Shown piece after piece: positions 9,481-21,544 of a DNA stretch of 64,000 nucleotides; the first letter of the stretch is position 1, and each line of letters opens with the position of its first letter. The position numbers and the translations under genes are program-made. Below the pieces are notes generated by a model. It was not told the origin of the DNA and did not search any database. It worked only from the letters and a program-made list of their open reading frames with translations. The stretch is from a virus. Where the stretch lies: the IMG/VR virus record IMGVR_UViG_3300025789_000028, positions 28,060-92,059 of that record. One strand, written 5' to 3'.

Positions 9481-12400
9481 ATGGCAAATATTGGAAACAT
9501 AGACAGTATTAAAATCACACAGTTAACGAGTATAGGAGCTAATATTGCTGCCAATACACTAATCCCTGTGGTTAACATGGCTAACTTGAGCAATCCTATT
9601 ACTCAGAAAAGCACATTACAAAATGCTGCCAATTATATATTAAACAATGCAGGTACTGCTACATTTCCCCCTGCATTGCAATCAAATCTTGCACTATCTG
9701 TTGCAAACGCTGCACAACCAAACATTACTAGTGTAGGTACATTACAATCATTAACTGTTGCAGGTAATACAGTATTACCTGATGTTAGTTTAGTAAAAAT
9801 TCAAGGTGGCAACAACGGACAGTTCTTACAGACAAACGGCAATGGCGTATTAGATTGGGCTATTCCACCTAGTGGTAATGTTACTAACTATCCAGGTGGT
9901 GCCAATACTCAGATACAATTTAACACTAGTGGCACATTTGCAGGTAGTGATGCATTTACGTTTGACGGTAATAATGTTGCTATCACAGGTGCTAATTTTA
10001 TAGCCAATCCAGGTGCATATATATTATAAGTATACGGTGACAGTGCATACATGGGTTCACTAACAGACGGTGGTGTTTTAGTACAAACTGCTAACACAAC
10101 TATTAATACTGATAACACAACAATTGGTTCTAGTAATGTATGGAATTTCAATAGTACTACAGGCAATTTAACATTACCAGGTAACACATTTGCAGTTAAC
10201 TATGCCAATGGTGATCAAGTATCATTAGGTGGCACTTCAAACACTATTCAAGAGGGCCCGTCACTAGCATACATTGATGGCGTTGGTGGTAATTTTGTTG
10301 TTAGTATTAGCGACTCTGATTCAGTATGGACATTTGGTGTAGGTGGTGACATTACATTCCCTGGCGGAGGTGTTCAACATGGTGCATACGGTGGTCCTGA
10401 CTTCCCATCAGTAACTGGTAACAGTAGCAAATACTTATATACTGACGGCACTCAACTACTTTGGGAAACTGTGTCAGGCGGCAATGGTTCACCTGGTGGC
10501 AACACAACAGAGATTCAATACAACAGTAATGGTGCATTTGCAGGCAGTGATGCATTTACTTTTGATGGTGGTAATATTACAATCACCGGTGCAAACTTTG
10601 TAGCCAATCCTGGTGCATACATATTAGAAGTCTATGGTGCTAATGCATTCATGGGTTCATTTACTGATGGTGGTGTTTTGGTCGAAAATGCCACTACAAC
10701 AATCAATACAGGCAACACAGTTATTGGTAGTACAGGAAGTACTTGGACATTTGATAACACCGGTAATTTAACATTGCCCGGAAATACATTTACTATTAAT
10801 TATGCCAATGGTGCGCAAGCACAATTAGGTGGTTATATTGCTAACTTTATATTCCCTACACCAAGTAGTAACACAAGCACAATAGGTGTCAATGACGGTA
10901 GTGATATTGTTATTAATCCAACATATGGTGGTAGTAGCCCAGCATATATCAATGTTCCCGGTAGCATCAATGGACCAACCACTGAAGCACTTCAAATTTA
11001 TAATGGCTATTCTTTAGGTAATGGTAGTGCCGCCGCAGTATCAATTGGTGCTAGTGCAATTGATGGTATCACTATATTTGGTGATGGTAGCGTTGTAACA
11101 TCAAACACATTAACTGTGCCAGCTAGTGACAATGGTAGTATCATATTCAGCGACAACGGCACAGACAATAACGGTAGTTTAAAGGTAGACGGCGGTCTTA
11201 ACATGACATTAAGTGCTAATAGCAACTTCTATGTTAAACAAGCAGGACAAGACAGACTTGCTATAACAGATGGCAATACTGATTTAATGGGAAGTACCAA
11301 TGTTGTTATTCATTCAAACAAGGCAGGTACTGAATATAACTGGGTATTTAGTAATACAGGTAGTTTAGCAGTTCCTGGCAATATTACCAATGCTAATGTT
11401 ATTTCTGCAAACGTAGTTAATACTGCAAATGTGAATACTGATTTTATATATGCAAATAATGGGTTGCAATTATCAGGAGTAAGTGCAAACATATTAATGA
11501 ACGGTGGTTACATCCTTGGTGCTAGTGAAATTCAAATTGGCAATACAGATGCGTTACTGCTAGGTCAAAATGCAGTATTACTTATGACTGGTAATAGTGC
11601 AAATTATGTCGAAGCCGCATTAATTAATCAAAATTCAAACTCATCAGGAGACTTTACTGTATACGCTGACAACGGCAACGCTGATGCAGGTTATGTCGAT
11701 ATGGGTATTACAGGATCTGCATACAATGTACCTAACACAGGATTGACACAACCCGGTGATGGATATTTCATTGTTTCTGGCGTACCAACTTCAGGTGGTA
11801 ATTTAATTATCGCAACTGCAGGTACAGGCTCAAACAATGACATTGTATTTGGTAACGGATATGACACCGGTAATGAAGTAATGCGTTTTGAAAACACATT
11901 GCAAACATTCCAAATTAAACCTAATACAGTTTCAAGTAATACAACAACTGGTGCATTAACAGTAGCAGGTGGTGTAGGTATCGGTGGTGATCTAAACATA
12001 GGTGGCAACTTAACACTTCCAAACAATAGTGTTATCAATGAAACTACTATAGTAGTTAGTGGCGCCAACACAACTGCAATCACATTAACCCCGGCGACTG
12101 GATCGAATGCAGATCAAAAATTATTAGTCTATCCTACAATATTAAGTGACAACAATCATCTACACTTAACATCAGGCAACTTATATAACACTGAGTTATA
12201 TTTTGGTAATGATGACTTGTATGTGAAATTAGCAAATACAGGTAACATCATTATCAACAGTAACAATGGTAATGGAAATAGCGGTCAATGGGAATTCGGA
12301 GTTGATGCTACATATGGTTTTGGATTGTTGAAGGGAACCGGTAATGGCGGTGGTTTGTATACAGATGGAGATTTTGTAGGCGTATATGCTGAGGATCTAA

Positions 12401-13899
12401 ATCACAATGGTATTGAGATGTTTGCAAACTCTCATACAACCATTCAAGGTGTTAGTAATGTAGCCATCCACACAAACACCGGTACATCTCCATTACAATC
12501 TTGGATTTTTGATGACACAGGTAATCTAACATTACCGGGTAACACGTTTGCTATCAACTATGCTAATGGACAACAAGTACCAATCAGTGGCGGTGGTGGT
12601 AGTTATGGTGATAGTAATGTTGTAACACTATTAGCAAGTTATGGTAGCAATACTATTACTACAACAGGTAATGTTACAACCGGTAATGCTAACATCGGTG
12701 GTAATTTAATATTAGCAAGTTCATCAGTTATTACATCAGTTTCAGGCAGTAACGCTAACATAAATATTGACCCAGATGGTACCGGTGCAGTAGTTATTAA
12801 TGGCAACATTGTTGCAAACGGTGTTTACGCTAATATCACCAATCCAACTTCTGGTGGAACATTAACAATAGCATCTAACGCAGGACCAACTTCAACCACA
12901 AGAATTTATAGTAGTGCGTCAACTGTAATCTATAATAATGTCAGCGGTGTTCCTGTACAGGCATTGGCTATTACAGCGGCCGGTATCGGAACATATGCTA
13001 ACATATCACCAGGCGGTAATATTGTAATGGCTGCTGGTAAAAATATTAGTTCTACAAACGGTAGTAACGCTAACATTAATATTGATCCAGATGGTACAGG
13101 TAATGTTAATATTGTAGGCAATGCCAATGTAAGTGCTAATATCAGTGCTAACTACTTTATAGGTAACGGTAGTCAGTTAACAGGTGTCAATGTAAGTTTG
13201 ATTGGCAATGTAACAGGTACGACTCCTAATGTAACATTAGTTGCAGGTAGTTATAACTATGTGTTTGACAATACCGGTAACTTCACATTACCTACAAACG
13301 GTGACTTAATATTCTCTGCTAATACTACATTAGGTAGTGTTGCTGGTTCAAACGGTAACATCACAATTAATCCTGATGGTACAGGTCAACTTATAGTTAC
13401 AAGCACGACACCTGCTGTTTTTGGTAATACGTTGAATGTCAGCGGTAATATAACCGCTAGCGGTTCTGCAGGTGTCATTACTCCTAATCGTCCGGCGTTT
13501 AGAGTATACGGCAGTAGTGGAACAATTTGGAGCACTACAACCAATACTAATGGTATATTAAATGCTAACAATTGGACTGTTGATTACAATCAAGGTGGAT
13601 ACTTAAATTCAAGTACAGGGGTTTTCACTGCGCCTGTTGCAGGATTATATCAATTAAATCTTGTTTGTCGTGTGGCAAATAATACTTCACTTAGTGCACA
13701 GGCAATCGTTATCAAAAACTATGGTTCAGGTAATGTAAATCAAGTTATGTGGGAATCGGCTAATAACCCTACTATTAATCACTTTGGTGTAAGTACAGTA
13801 TCAAAACTTGCGGCTGGAGACACGCTTACACTTAAAGTAACTGTTGGTTCACTTATTTTTGATGGTAATGACAACTGGTCAGTAGCGTACTTAGGATAA
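9481..13899 (+). pseudogene. long tail-fibre gene with C1q-like C-terminus, interrupted by one in-frame TAA (10027-10029)
   Basis: track ORFs 9481..10029 and 10051..13899 share a frame; internal repeat has GAA where the first copy has TAA; C-terminus PAFRV...FTAPVAGLY...LAAGDTL. Confidence 0.8.
9890..10810 (+). repeat. ~300 bp internal duplication in the fibre gene (about 9890-10210 and 10490-10810)
   Basis: PGG.T.IQ.N..G.FAGSDAFTFDG...GNLTLPGNTF..NYANG occurs twice. Confidence 0.85.
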
Positions 13900-13901
13900 T
13901 C

Positions 13902-14618
13902 ATGATTGTACAGGGTATCACATTAAACGGCGGAACTGTAATTGATGCAGGTATCCCAACATCAAATAGCATGTTACTATATCTTGATGCGGGTAATTCA
14001 AGTAGTTATCCCGGCAGTGGCACAACATGGTATGACATAAGCGGTAACAATAATAATACTACAGGCACATCAAATACTGTATACAACAGTGGCAATGGTG
14101 GTTATTTTAATTTTACTGATCCAGGATATTTTACTACTGCTAGTTCAAAATACAATATAACATACACTGGTAAAAGTATGTTCATGGCCGGTAAGTTAAC
14201 TGGTGCTATGGCTAATTATACATATCGCTGTTTGTTTGGAAGTAACAACGGTAATAGAAATTTTAACTTATATTTCTATTACAATGGTAGTTCATATCAA
14301 TTACACTTTGCAAATGGCCCCGCCGGCGGTAGCGGTGGTATAAGTAACAATTTAACTTATACATTTGGTAATTGGTTTACTTGCGGAGTCACAATGACTA
14401 CTGGTGGCGCAATGATTTATTACTTCAACGGACAACCCGTTGGCACATCAACAGGTACATTCTATCAATACCTATCAAATACTACAGAAAATGTGGGGGC
14501 CGCTGATAACTATTGGAGTGGCCCAATTTCAATTGCTTGTATCTATGGTTCTGTATTGACAGGACAACAGATGCTACAAGCACATAATTCAGTTAGAACA
14601 AGATATGGCTTATCATGA
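13902..14618 (+). CDS. LamG/concanavalin A-like virion protein
   Basis: LYLDAGNSSSYPGSGTTWYDISGN...YYFNGQ...RYGL. Confidence 0.8.
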   Translation: MIVQGITLNGGTVIDAGIPTSNSMLLYLDAGNSSSYPGSGTTWYDISGNNNNTTGTSNTVYNSGNGGYFNFTDPGYFTTASSKYNITYTGKSMFMAGKLTGAMANYTYRCLFGSNNGNRNFNLYFYYNGSSYQLHFANGPAGGSGGISNNLTYTFGNWFTCGVTMTTGGAMIYYFNGQPVGTSTGTFYQYLSNTTENVGAADNYWSGPISIACIYGSVLTGQQMLQAHNSVRTRYGLS

Positions 14619-14661
14619 TAGTGGTGGGTAAGCATAAATACTATATAAAAGGATATTAATC

Positions 14662-17600
14662 ATGATTATAGGACCAGGTGTAGTAATTGGCTCAGGAGCA
14701 ACAATGGGTGCAGGTAATGCAGGCCCAACCGGAAACATTATTTTTGAGTATGCAATGGGCAATAGCGCAAGTTATAACGGCCAAGGACTTGATTTAAGTC
14801 GTAATGGATTTCTTGGTCCAGTTGGCAGTACAGTAGGCACTAATTTTATGTTCGATATTTCAGCAGATTATGCAAATGGCGCTGTTGGTAATATTGGACA
14901 ATATTTTAACGGTTACGGTGGCAATAGTGGCAGCGGTAATGCTTTTATTACTCACGGCCCAATGAGTTATCTAAGTTTTGATGGCAATGCCGCTGATCAA
15001 TATGTTGATAGCAACTATGTCAATGGTTATAACATTCCATCAGGTAGCAGTTACTCAATTTTTGCTGTTGTAAGATTGAAGGGTTTTACTGGTTCCGGTG
15101 GTACATTTAACGGTGGCGGTATAGTAGGTGGAGATAATATGTATTTTCAATTTGTTCCACCGGGACTCCTTGGAAATCCTTATCCAGTGTTATGTGCAAA
15201 CAATACCAACACCTATCCAGCAGTTGCTGATTTTGACACACAATATCAACTCAATACATGGTATGCTGTAGCACTTACATATGATTCTGTATCTCAAACA
15301 ATGAGACTGTATGTTAACGGACAAGCAATCGGTGGTAGTGGTGTTTCAACAAGTGTTATGCCTATCAGTGGCAATGAACCATTATATTGGGGTACACTAG
15401 AAGGTCAAAATTATTTGAACGGTGACCTTGGTGTTATGACAGCATGGAACTATGCATTAAGTCCTAGCGAGATTGCTAGTTATACTACTGATTATGGATA
15501 TCAATATGGTATTCAAATAGCTAAACAAGACAACGATATGCCTGCACAATCATATAGTCAATTGTTCTCAGTACCAGGTCAATATACATTCCAAGTGCCA
15601 CAAGGTGTAAGTAATGTTAGTATGGTGGCAGTTGGTGCAGGTGGCGGTGGTACTTATGCTGGTTACAGCCCTCCAGGTGGTGACAGTTATGTTTATTCTC
15701 AGTGGTCTCATTTCAATGTAAACATGAACACAAATGCTGGCTATAGTGGCGCGCCATTCATTACATTTGATTGTACTACTGGTAATAATAATGCGTTATT
15801 GGGTAATGTTGCCCCAGGTTGGTTGTTTACTAGTATTGACTTAAACAATTATTATCCCAACAGAGCATTAATTGAAGGCAATGTATACGGTATTGTCTTA
15901 GCAGTAGATAGTACTGATACAGCAAACGTTGTATTGACTATTTCTCCTAGTGTAGATTCGGTCAGTGGTAACGTTTATAATTTCTTGGGTCAAACTATTG
16001 TTGGTGCACAAGGTGCACTTGAAATAAATAATAGCCAATATTATACTAACAACAATGGTACTCCTGGACCACGTGCTAAACCATTATGGGGTGACAGCGG
16101 AGGTAAGGGTGGTGTAGTTGATTCACTAGGTTCTTGGCCAATCGGTGGCGCTGGGGCTGGTGGTTATGGTACGAATGATGCTGTTGTAGCATTCGATCCT
16201 ACACAAACTTATGTATATGATGGCGGTGGTAACTATGGTACTGGTGAACCAAATATTATATTAGGTCTATCTAACTATAACTTGTCAGTTGAAGCAACAG
16301 CAAACAACAGTAGTTATCCTGGTATCGCTACTGGTACATACGATATTACATTTGGTCAAAAAGTAATGTTCAGTTTAACTGTAGATACATCTGCTAGTTC
16401 AGGCAGTCAATGCATTGGATTTGGTGGTAGTGGTGCTGAATTACAAAGTTATGTGGGCGGTACTACAGATAGTGGTGGATTCTATAATGATGGTGGTTTT
16501 TATTCAAACGGCGCGCCAGCTTATTCAGGTTATCCAACATTTACTACAGGTGATGTAGTTGATATTGCTATTGATAACTCCAATGCATTAGGTCAATTAA
16601 CATGGGTTAGAGTTAACGGCGGTGATTGGATGGGAGATCCAGTGGCTAATCCAGCAACAGGTACTAATGGTATAACAATTTCTGTGAACACAGAAGATGG
16701 ATCAATTTACTTGATGACTACACAAGGAGATGCCGGTGATATCGGTAAGTGGAGTATCAATACAAGCAATACATATTCAACTCCAAGCGGATATACATTT
16801 GTTGCTGGACTAGCTAATGCAGGATCAAATGGTGGCGGTGGTTCTAATCAAGAATTACCAACTTATACAGATGGTCAAGGTACCGGTAGTATCGGTGGTT
16901 CAGGTGGCGGAGGCGGCGGACTATATAGTGACATAGGCTCCGGTGGTGGTGGAGTAGGTGTTTATGGTGTAGGTAATCCAGGCACTCATGGTGGCTGGGT
17001 AGACAGCGACACATATGGTGGCAATAATCCTTATTCAGAGTGGCAAGCTCAAGCGGTTGGCGGTCGCGGCGGTAGTCGAATAGGCAGCTCAGGTACACAA
17101 GGCGGCATGGCAAGTGCATGGGCAGGTGGTGCAGGTGGTTGGCCAGGTGGTGGTGGCGGTAGCGCACCAAGTCTATGGGACGGTGGTAACGGTGGTGCAT
17201 TAGCATACAAGAATAACGTAACTACTGATCCAGGTACACCGGGCAATGCAGGTACTGTACTACAAGTTATTGTAGGTCAAGGTGGCTGGGGCGGTGGATT
17301 TACTGGTGAAAATTATTATGGTGGTGGTAAGGGCGGTGACGGTGCAGTACGTATTGTTTGGCCCGGTGATACTAGACAATTCCCTGACACAAGCGTAGGA
17401 ATAGATGCACTAGTAACTTCACTTACTATTAATCCGGGTGATTTTGTATTTGGCGGTGGCTCACCTGCTAACTCAATCACAGTAGGTTCAGGATCGATAG
17501 GAAATAATTATGTAACTATATATTCAGCAAATGATGTTGTAGCACAAAATATTTTTGCTTTCTTTAGATCAGTTGGTGTTTATACTCAGAATTCACTGAA

Positions 17601-17883
17601 CAGCAATAATTCATATGATCCAAATAATTTCAATGCATACATCTTTGAAGTAACATGGGGCGCAGGTAGTACTGTACCAAATGGCTTAGTAAGAATGGGT
17701 TATAACGGTACCACTGGTCAACTAAATATTACTACAGTAGATCCAACTAATACAGCATACGAAACTGCAAATCCTGCTAATCAAGATCCAGGTGGCGCAA
17801 CAATACCGGGAACATTCAATTTCTCTGCAACATTTACATTACGCACTCCTGCAATTCAATCAGGTGGATTATACTGGTGCTAA
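14662..17883 (+). CDS. large glycine-rich virion protein with LamG-like domain
   Basis: NTWYAVALTYD..MRLYVNG; VGAGGGG and GGDGAVRIVW motifs. Confidence 0.78.
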   Translation: MIIGPGVVIGSGATMGAGNAGPTGNIIFEYAMGNSASYNGQGLDLSRNGFLGPVGSTVGTNFMFDISADYANGAVGNIGQYFNGYGGNSGSGNAFITHGPMSYLSFDGNAADQYVDSNYVNGYNIPSGSSYSIFAVVRLKGFTGSGGTFNGGGIVGGDNMYFQFVPPGLLGNPYPVLCANNTNTYPAVADFDTQYQLNTWYAVALTYDSVSQTMRLYVNGQAIGGSGVSTSVMPISGNEPLYWGTLEGQNYLNGDLGVMTAWNYALSPSEIASYTTDYGYQYGIQIAKQDNDMPAQSYSQLFSVPGQYTFQVPQGVSNVSMVAVGAGGGGTYAGYSPPGGDSYVYSQWSHFNVNMNTNAGYSGAPFITFDCTTGNNNALLGNVAPGWLFTSIDLNNYYPNRALIEGNVYGIVLAVDSTDTANVVLTISPSVDSVSGNVYNFLGQTIVGAQGALEINNSQYYTNNNGTPGPRAKPLWGDSGGKGGVVDSLGSWPIGGAGAGGYGTNDAVVAFDPTQTYVYDGGGNYGTGEPNIILGLSNYNLSVEATANNSSYPGIATGTYDITFGQKVMFSLTVDTSASSGSQCIGFGGSGAELQSYVGGTTDSGGFYNDGGFYSNGAPAYSGYPTFTTGDVVDIAIDNSNALGQLTWVRVNGGDWMGDPVANPATGTNGITISVNTEDGSIYLMTTQGDAGDIGKWSINTSNTYSTPSGYTFVAGLANAGSNGGGGSNQELPTYTDGQGTGSIGGSGGGGGGLYSDIGSGGGGVGVYGVGNPGTHGGWVDSDTYGGNNPYSEWQAQAVGGRGGSRIGSSGTQGGMASAWAGGAGGWPGGGGGSAPSLWDGGNGGALAYKNNVTTDPGTPGNAGTVLQVIVGQGGWGGGFTGENYYGGGKGGDGAVRIVWPGDTRQFPDTSVGIDALVTSLTINPGDFVFGGGSPANSITVGSGSIGNNYVTIYSANDVVAQNIFAFFRSVGVYTQNSLNSNNSYDPNNFNAYIFEVTWGAGSTVPNGLVRMGYNGTTGQLNITTVDPTNTAYETANPANQDPGGATIPGTFNFSATFTLRTPAIQSGGLYWC

Positions 17884-17906
17884 AAATTAATTATAAGGAA
17901 CATACT

Positions 17907-18773
17907 ATGGCAAAGCAACCTAGCATTAACGAAACAAACGATCCAGGAGTATCACGTATTCCTGTACAACAAAAAATTGTTAAGTCTGTTAGTAACTCAT
18001 TACCTAAATATCATTGGGTAAGAGACCCTTCATATGCTCTTGCTGAACAATTTGTTCCACAATTGTCAGAAAGCAGTATTGCCGCAACTGTTGATTTACG
18101 TCAATATTGCAGTCCAATCGATGATCAAGGAAACTTAGGTAGTTGTACTGGTAATGCTATTGCAGGTGCAATTGATTTGTTAGATAGAAAAACACATAAC
18201 TTGCAAACACGTGTTAGCAGATTATTCATTTACTACTATGAACGTGTTCTTGAGAATGATGTAAATTATGATAACGGTGCATATATTAGTGACGGTATCA
18301 GAGCAACATCTACATACGGTGCACCGCAAGAAACATTATGGCCATACAACATTAATATGTTTAGAACCAGACCTAGTTCTGCCGCAATCGCTGATGCAGT
18401 AAAACGCAAAGTTACATCAAGCCAAGCGGCAGCAAATTTCACAGCAGTACAAAGTGCATTAGCAAGTGGTTATCCTGTTATTGTAGGCTTTGATGTATAT
18501 TCAAGTTTCGAAGGTGCATGGGGTAATATACCTCATGGTCAAACAGGATCAGGTATGATGCCTTATCCTAACACAAGAACAGAATCATTGTTGGGCGGAC
18601 ATGCTGTTTGTCTAGTGGGATATAACAACAATACAAATCGTTTTATTGCAAGAAATAGTTGGGGGACAAGTTGGGGTGACAATGGTTACTTCTATATGCC
18701 ATATCAAGTGATTCAGAATTCTAGCATGAGCAGTGACTTTTGGGTTATTAAAACAGTAAATGACCCCGCATAA
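17907..18773 (+). CDS. papain-family (C1A) cysteine peptidase
   Basis: QGNLGSCTG, GGHAVCLVGY, RNSWG catalytic motifs; SD AAGGA before ATG 17907. Confidence 0.92.
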   Translation: MAKQPSINETNDPGVSRIPVQQKIVKSVSNSLPKYHWVRDPSYALAEQFVPQLSESSIAATVDLRQYCSPIDDQGNLGSCTGNAIAGAIDLLDRKTHNLQTRVSRLFIYYYERVLENDVNYDNGAYISDGIRATSTYGAPQETLWPYNINMFRTRPSSAAIADAVKRKVTSSQAAANFTAVQSALASGYPVIVGFDVYSSFEGAWGNIPHGQTGSGMMPYPNTRTESLLGGHAVCLVGYNNNTNRFIARNSWGTSWGDNGYFYMPYQVIQNSSMSSDFWVIKTVNDPA

Positions 18774-18792
18774 ATAAATCAAAGGAAATACA

Positions 18793-19335
18793 ATGTCATT
18801 ATCAGGAATACAAATTACAGGCGGTTCAGGTGGAATAACAATTTCAGGTGGTGGAGTTGTTTTTGGTGACGGTGGTTCTCCTCCCCCTCCACCTCCCCCA
18901 GGAACATTAACATTTACATATGGTCAAATCATTGCAAGTCAAGACCAATCACCTGGAGCAGGTGGTAATGGTACAGGGGTTGTAATTATTAATCCGGTAC
19001 CGGGGGGAAGTCCTACTCCTGGTGGTCCAGGTATTGCACTTTCAACTACGTCAAGTCAAGAAACTTATATAGCAGGATTAACCCCTGTTCCAGGATATAG
19101 CACTGGTTTTGGCACTTATAATGGTACTCCATTACAATATACCGCAACATGGAGTGCAGGTAGTACGTACACAACAACGCCGGTAGAAGTACAATACTAT
19201 CCAACTTTTGCAGGTACACCTGATGCTTGGGTAATTTATGTTTTAAATCCTAGTGCTACTGCAGGACAAGCAGGAACATTTAACTTCCCGGTTACTTTTA
19301 CAGCAACACCTAATACACCAATTACATTATTCTAA
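18793..19335 (+). CDS. Gly/Pro-rich putative virion protein
   Basis: C-terminal WSAGST...GTFNFP resembles end of 14662..17883. Confidence 0.65.
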   Translation: MSLSGIQITGGSGGITISGGGVVFGDGGSPPPPPPPGTLTFTYGQIIASQDQSPGAGGNGTGVVIINPVPGGSPTPGGPGIALSTTSSQETYIAGLTPVPGYSTGFGTYNGTPLQYTATWSAGSTYTTTPVEVQYYPTFAGTPDAWVIYVLNPSATAGQAGTFNFPVTFTATPNTPITLF

Positions 19336-19437
19336 GGAAATAAACATGTCACAACAAACACCACAACCAATCGGCGATAAAGATTTTTTTAAGAATCTAC
19401 AAAATAGAACTCCACAACCAACACCAGGGAAATAATT

Positions 19438-19941
19438 ATGTCATCAATAGGAATAACAATCGAAGGTGGGATTAACGTAGGCGGTGGAATTAATGTTGGT
19501 AGTCTACCAACAATTACTATTACTTCAAGTGATTTTACTTACGGTGGCGGGGCTGGAGGAACTACTGAATATATAACAAATAGCGGTGGGGATTTGATTT
19601 GCCCATTCTATTATCTGAATACCCCCACTGGTTCCATAGGGACACAAATCGTGAACTTCTTTGCCGCATGTGGATACGATATCAATACTTCATATGTGTT
19701 TCGTGCAACTTTTGCAAGTGCTACACCATTGGGAGGTAGTTTAACTACTCCATATAATTGTTTAGTTCGTGCAAGTTGGGGTAGCGGACAACTTAATTTG
19801 GTTGTAATTGACCAAAGCAATCCAAATTGGAATACTGGAAATCCAAATCAAGGTACTCAATTACAAGGAACATTTACTTTACCATTAACACTTACGCCGT
19901 ACTCTCCTACTGTAAGTATGGGTGCAATCAACTGGTGTTAA
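19438..19941 (+). CDS. putative virion protein, paralogue of the 14662..17883 C-terminus
   Basis: LVR..W..GQLN....D..N......P...GTF, ends NWC. Confidence 0.65.
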   Translation: MSSIGITIEGGINVGGGINVGSLPTITITSSDFTYGGGAGGTTEYITNSGGDLICPFYYLNTPTGSIGTQIVNFFAACGYDINTSYVFRATFASATPLGGSLTTPYNCLVRASWGSGQLNLVVIDQSNPNWNTGNPNQGTQLQGTFTLPLTLTPYSPTVSMGAINWC

Positions 19942-20613
19942 ATGATAATACATAGACCTGCAAGTACTAGGGGAAACCCCAGAGCAGATTTTATAAACAG
20001 TTATAGAACTTTTAGTTTCCCTAGTTACTATGATAGTCGCTATATGAATTTTAGCGACCTTCAAACAATTAATGATGACCGTGTGCAGTATGCTTGGCAA
20101 GTGCCATGGCATGAACATAAAAATATGGAAATCTTTGGTTATGTAGTTGAAGGTTCTAGTCATCATGTAGACAGTTTAGGTAATGATGTAGAAGTACCTG
20201 CAGGGGCAGTTCAGCGTATGAGTAGTGGACGTGGCATAAGTCACACAGAGGGTAACACAGCAGATACACCCAATCGTTATCTACAGTTATGGATTAGACC
20301 TAATGAGTTTGATACTGAACCTAGACATGATTGGCATCAATTTACACGTGAAGATAAACTAAACAAGTTTTGCAACATCACAGAGAAGTTACCAATCAAA
20401 CAAGATGCACGACTACTAGCAGGTATCTTTACAAGTGATTTTACACACAACCTGGACACTTTGCGAAAATACTATTTGTATGTAGTAACTGGTACACTAT
20501 CAGTTAACAACATAGATTTGATTGAAGGTGATGGATTAAGTTTTGTTGATGAATCAGTTATCAACATAACCAATGCAACTGACTCAGAAATAATTTTGTT
20601 TGATTTACGATAA
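19942..20613 (+). CDS. pirin-family (YhhW-like) cupin
   Basis: INDD, HEHKNMEI, H.DSLGN, GISHTE, LQLWI. Confidence 0.9.
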   Translation: MIIHRPASTRGNPRADFINSYRTFSFPSYYDSRYMNFSDLQTINDDRVQYAWQVPWHEHKNMEIFGYVVEGSSHHVDSLGNDVEVPAGAVQRMSSGRGISHTEGNTADTPNRYLQLWIRPNEFDTEPRHDWHQFTREDKLNKFCNITEKLPIKQDARLLAGIFTSDFTHNLDTLRKYYLYVVTGTLSVNNIDLIEGDGLSFVDESVINITNATDSEIILFDLR

Positions 20614-21317
20614 TGAATTTTAAATACCCGTCAAATTTAAATGCTGATGCTTTGATTGATAAAAGCAATGCATCATCGATGCAAGATTTATTTGTTGTAG
20701 CAATGTTTAACGGCAAGCATAACGGCACTTTCTTAGAAATTGGCGCAAACCATCCTGTTGTTGATAGTAACTGTTATTTGTTAGAATCAGAATTCAATTA
20801 CTCGGGTACCAGCATAGACTTATATGATACATTTGAAAGATTTACAGAACCTTTTTCTTGGAAAGAACTAAGACCTAACACTAACTTTGTGAAGTCTGAT
20901 GCCAGTACATTTGATTATACATCAATACCCAACTATGTTGATTACTTACAAATTGACTTAGATCAACCTAAAATAACCTTTGATGTACTAGAAAGAATTA
21001 CTAACTCAATAACGTTCGGAGTACTGACACTTGAACACAATCTATGGAGGGGTAACTACCTTAACCAAGTGTTACCAAAGAACAAAAATTTATGCGCCGA
21101 CATTTATAATTACAAGAACAAATGTGCTAGTTTATTAAAAAAATTAGGTTACACAGTGTTGGTAAACAATGTAGGTTTTGATCAAGATGGGATTTTTCAT
21201 AGTTATGAAGATTGGTATATAAATCTAAACATTGTTTCTAAAGAAATTATTGATGCTTACAAATGGATTACATGTGATCATAACGCTAAAGATTTTAAAA
21301 AAGTACTGTTTAACTAA
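20613..21317 (+). CDS. FkbM-like methyltransferase-fold protein
   Basis: QDLFV, GTFLEIGA, VDYLQID, EDWY. Confidence 0.7.
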   Translation: MNFKYPSNLNADALIDKSNASSMQDLFVVAMFNGKHNGTFLEIGANHPVVDSNCYLLESEFNYSGTSIDLYDTFERFTEPFSWKELRPNTNFVKSDASTFDYTSIPNYVDYLQIDLDQPKITFDVLERITNSITFGVLTLEHNLWRGNYLNQVLPKNKNLCADIYNYKNKCASLLKKLGYTVLVNNVGFDQDGIFHSYEDWYINLNIVSKEIIDAYKWITCDHNAKDFKKVLFN

Positions 21318-21354
21318 CGTTGCAAACATAAATATATAATATAGGAATAAAATC

Positions 21355-21531
21355 ATGCAAACTTTTCATTTAAACACACCCGAGTCTCAGGCAGTAAGAC
21401 ATACATTCAAGGTAGCTGCACAAGAAAAAAGAATGGCTCTTAAAAATGCTCCTAAAGTTGCTAGACTGTCAAAGCCTGCAGGAGTAAGTAACAGTACTCC
21501 TAGAACGCCTTTTAAGGGTGCAGGCAAATAA
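21355..21531 (+). CDS. small basic protein (58 aa, not in ORF track)
   Basis: MQTFHLNTPESQ...PRTPFKGAGK; ATAAATA and AGGA upstream. Confidence 0.6.
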   Translation: MQTFHLNTPESQAVRHTFKVAAQEKRMALKNAPKVARLSKPAGVSNSTPRTPFKGAGK

Positions 21532-21544
21532 GTAAAAACCTACT

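Noticed and set aside
9890-10810. Diversity-generating retroelement template/variable repeat pair
   Set aside because: Differences are not adenine-specific, both copies are internal coding modules, and no reverse transcriptase is present.
9481-13899. Stop-codon reassignment (alternative genetic code)
   Set aside because: Only one interrupted gene; TAA, TAG and TGA all end normal genes; no suppressor tRNA seen.
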